Assembly (NCBI GenBank): GCA_904063045.1
Contig: CAJFCJ010000026.1
Coordinates: 412,964-476,963, forward strand
From: Dimorphilus gyrociliatus
Taxonomy: Eukaryota > Animalia > Annelida
DNA: 64,000 nucleotides
Direction: 5' to 3'
Part shown: positions 63,701-64,000 of the stretch, piece by piece
Position numbering within the stretch: the first letter of the stretch is position 1
Layout: each line of letters begins with the position of its first letter
Program-made: the position numbers and the translations under genes
The notes under the pieces: model-generated
What the model saw: only the letters and a program-made list of their open reading frames with translations
What the model was told of the DNA's origin: nothing
The model's database searches: none

Positions 63701-63865
63701 TTATCTCTTCCGTTGAGATGATGATTGCAAACTGATAGAATCCTTGTCGTACCTATGTATTATATATACATATACATCAAAGAGTGACCCCTCTTGACCT
63801 TTTTCGGCATCAAAATCTTGTCTAAAATGAGGATTGATATGATAAGTTAAATCTCTTCCCTCTAC
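63701..63865 (-). CDS. Possible terminal exon of a gene entering from the right edge
   Basis: Acceptor catag then 54 open codons VEGRDLTYHINPHFRQDFDAEKGQEGSLFD...QRKR*; no family recognised. Confidence 0.25.
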   Translation of the reverse strand, partial: VEGRDLTYHINPHFRQDFDAEKGQEGSLFDVYVYIIHRYDKDSISLQSSSQRKR

Positions 63866-64000
63866 CTATGCGTTGACCTATACCCTTACAACAACAAAAA
63901 CAACGTCGACCTTGACCCATTCAATAATATCGACCGAGGTCAAGGTCGAGGTGAATGTCTAGGTCAATCACGAATTAAATGTGTGGAGATTAGTTAAAGG

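Overview
This is very AT-rich eukaryotic DNA. Short GT-AG introns (54-71 nt), CTCF-like motifs and TTAGGG repeats point to a compact-genome bilaterian invertebrate (inference; species not determinable). The dominant unexplained structure is a field, about 2.1-56.4 kb, of several hundred dispersed copies (eye estimate) of one degenerate ~12-20 bp motif, GG-N3/4-GGAACCA(C/T/G)(A/T)(C/T)TA. Copies are separated by non-conserved AT-rich spacers of roughly 40-150 bp and occur in same-strand runs. Embedded in the field are about a dozen decayed or scrambled PHD-FLYWCH-MULE (Mutator-like) fragments, one of them complete with TIRs and a 9-bp TSD. The field also holds a Tc1/mariner fragment, two small intact-looking spliced zinc-finger genes, and an intact 373-aa gene with a catalytically degenerate Penelope-type GIY-YIG domain plus poly-proline. 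CTCF-like sites cluster in the motif-free islands. The field stops at about 56.4 kb, beside a short interstitial TTAGGG tract and a CTCF-like site. Beyond it lie a CCAAT-box array and a near-perfect 137-bp inverted repeat rich in E-boxes. Most ORFs in the supplied track look spurious or are antisense to transposon remnants.
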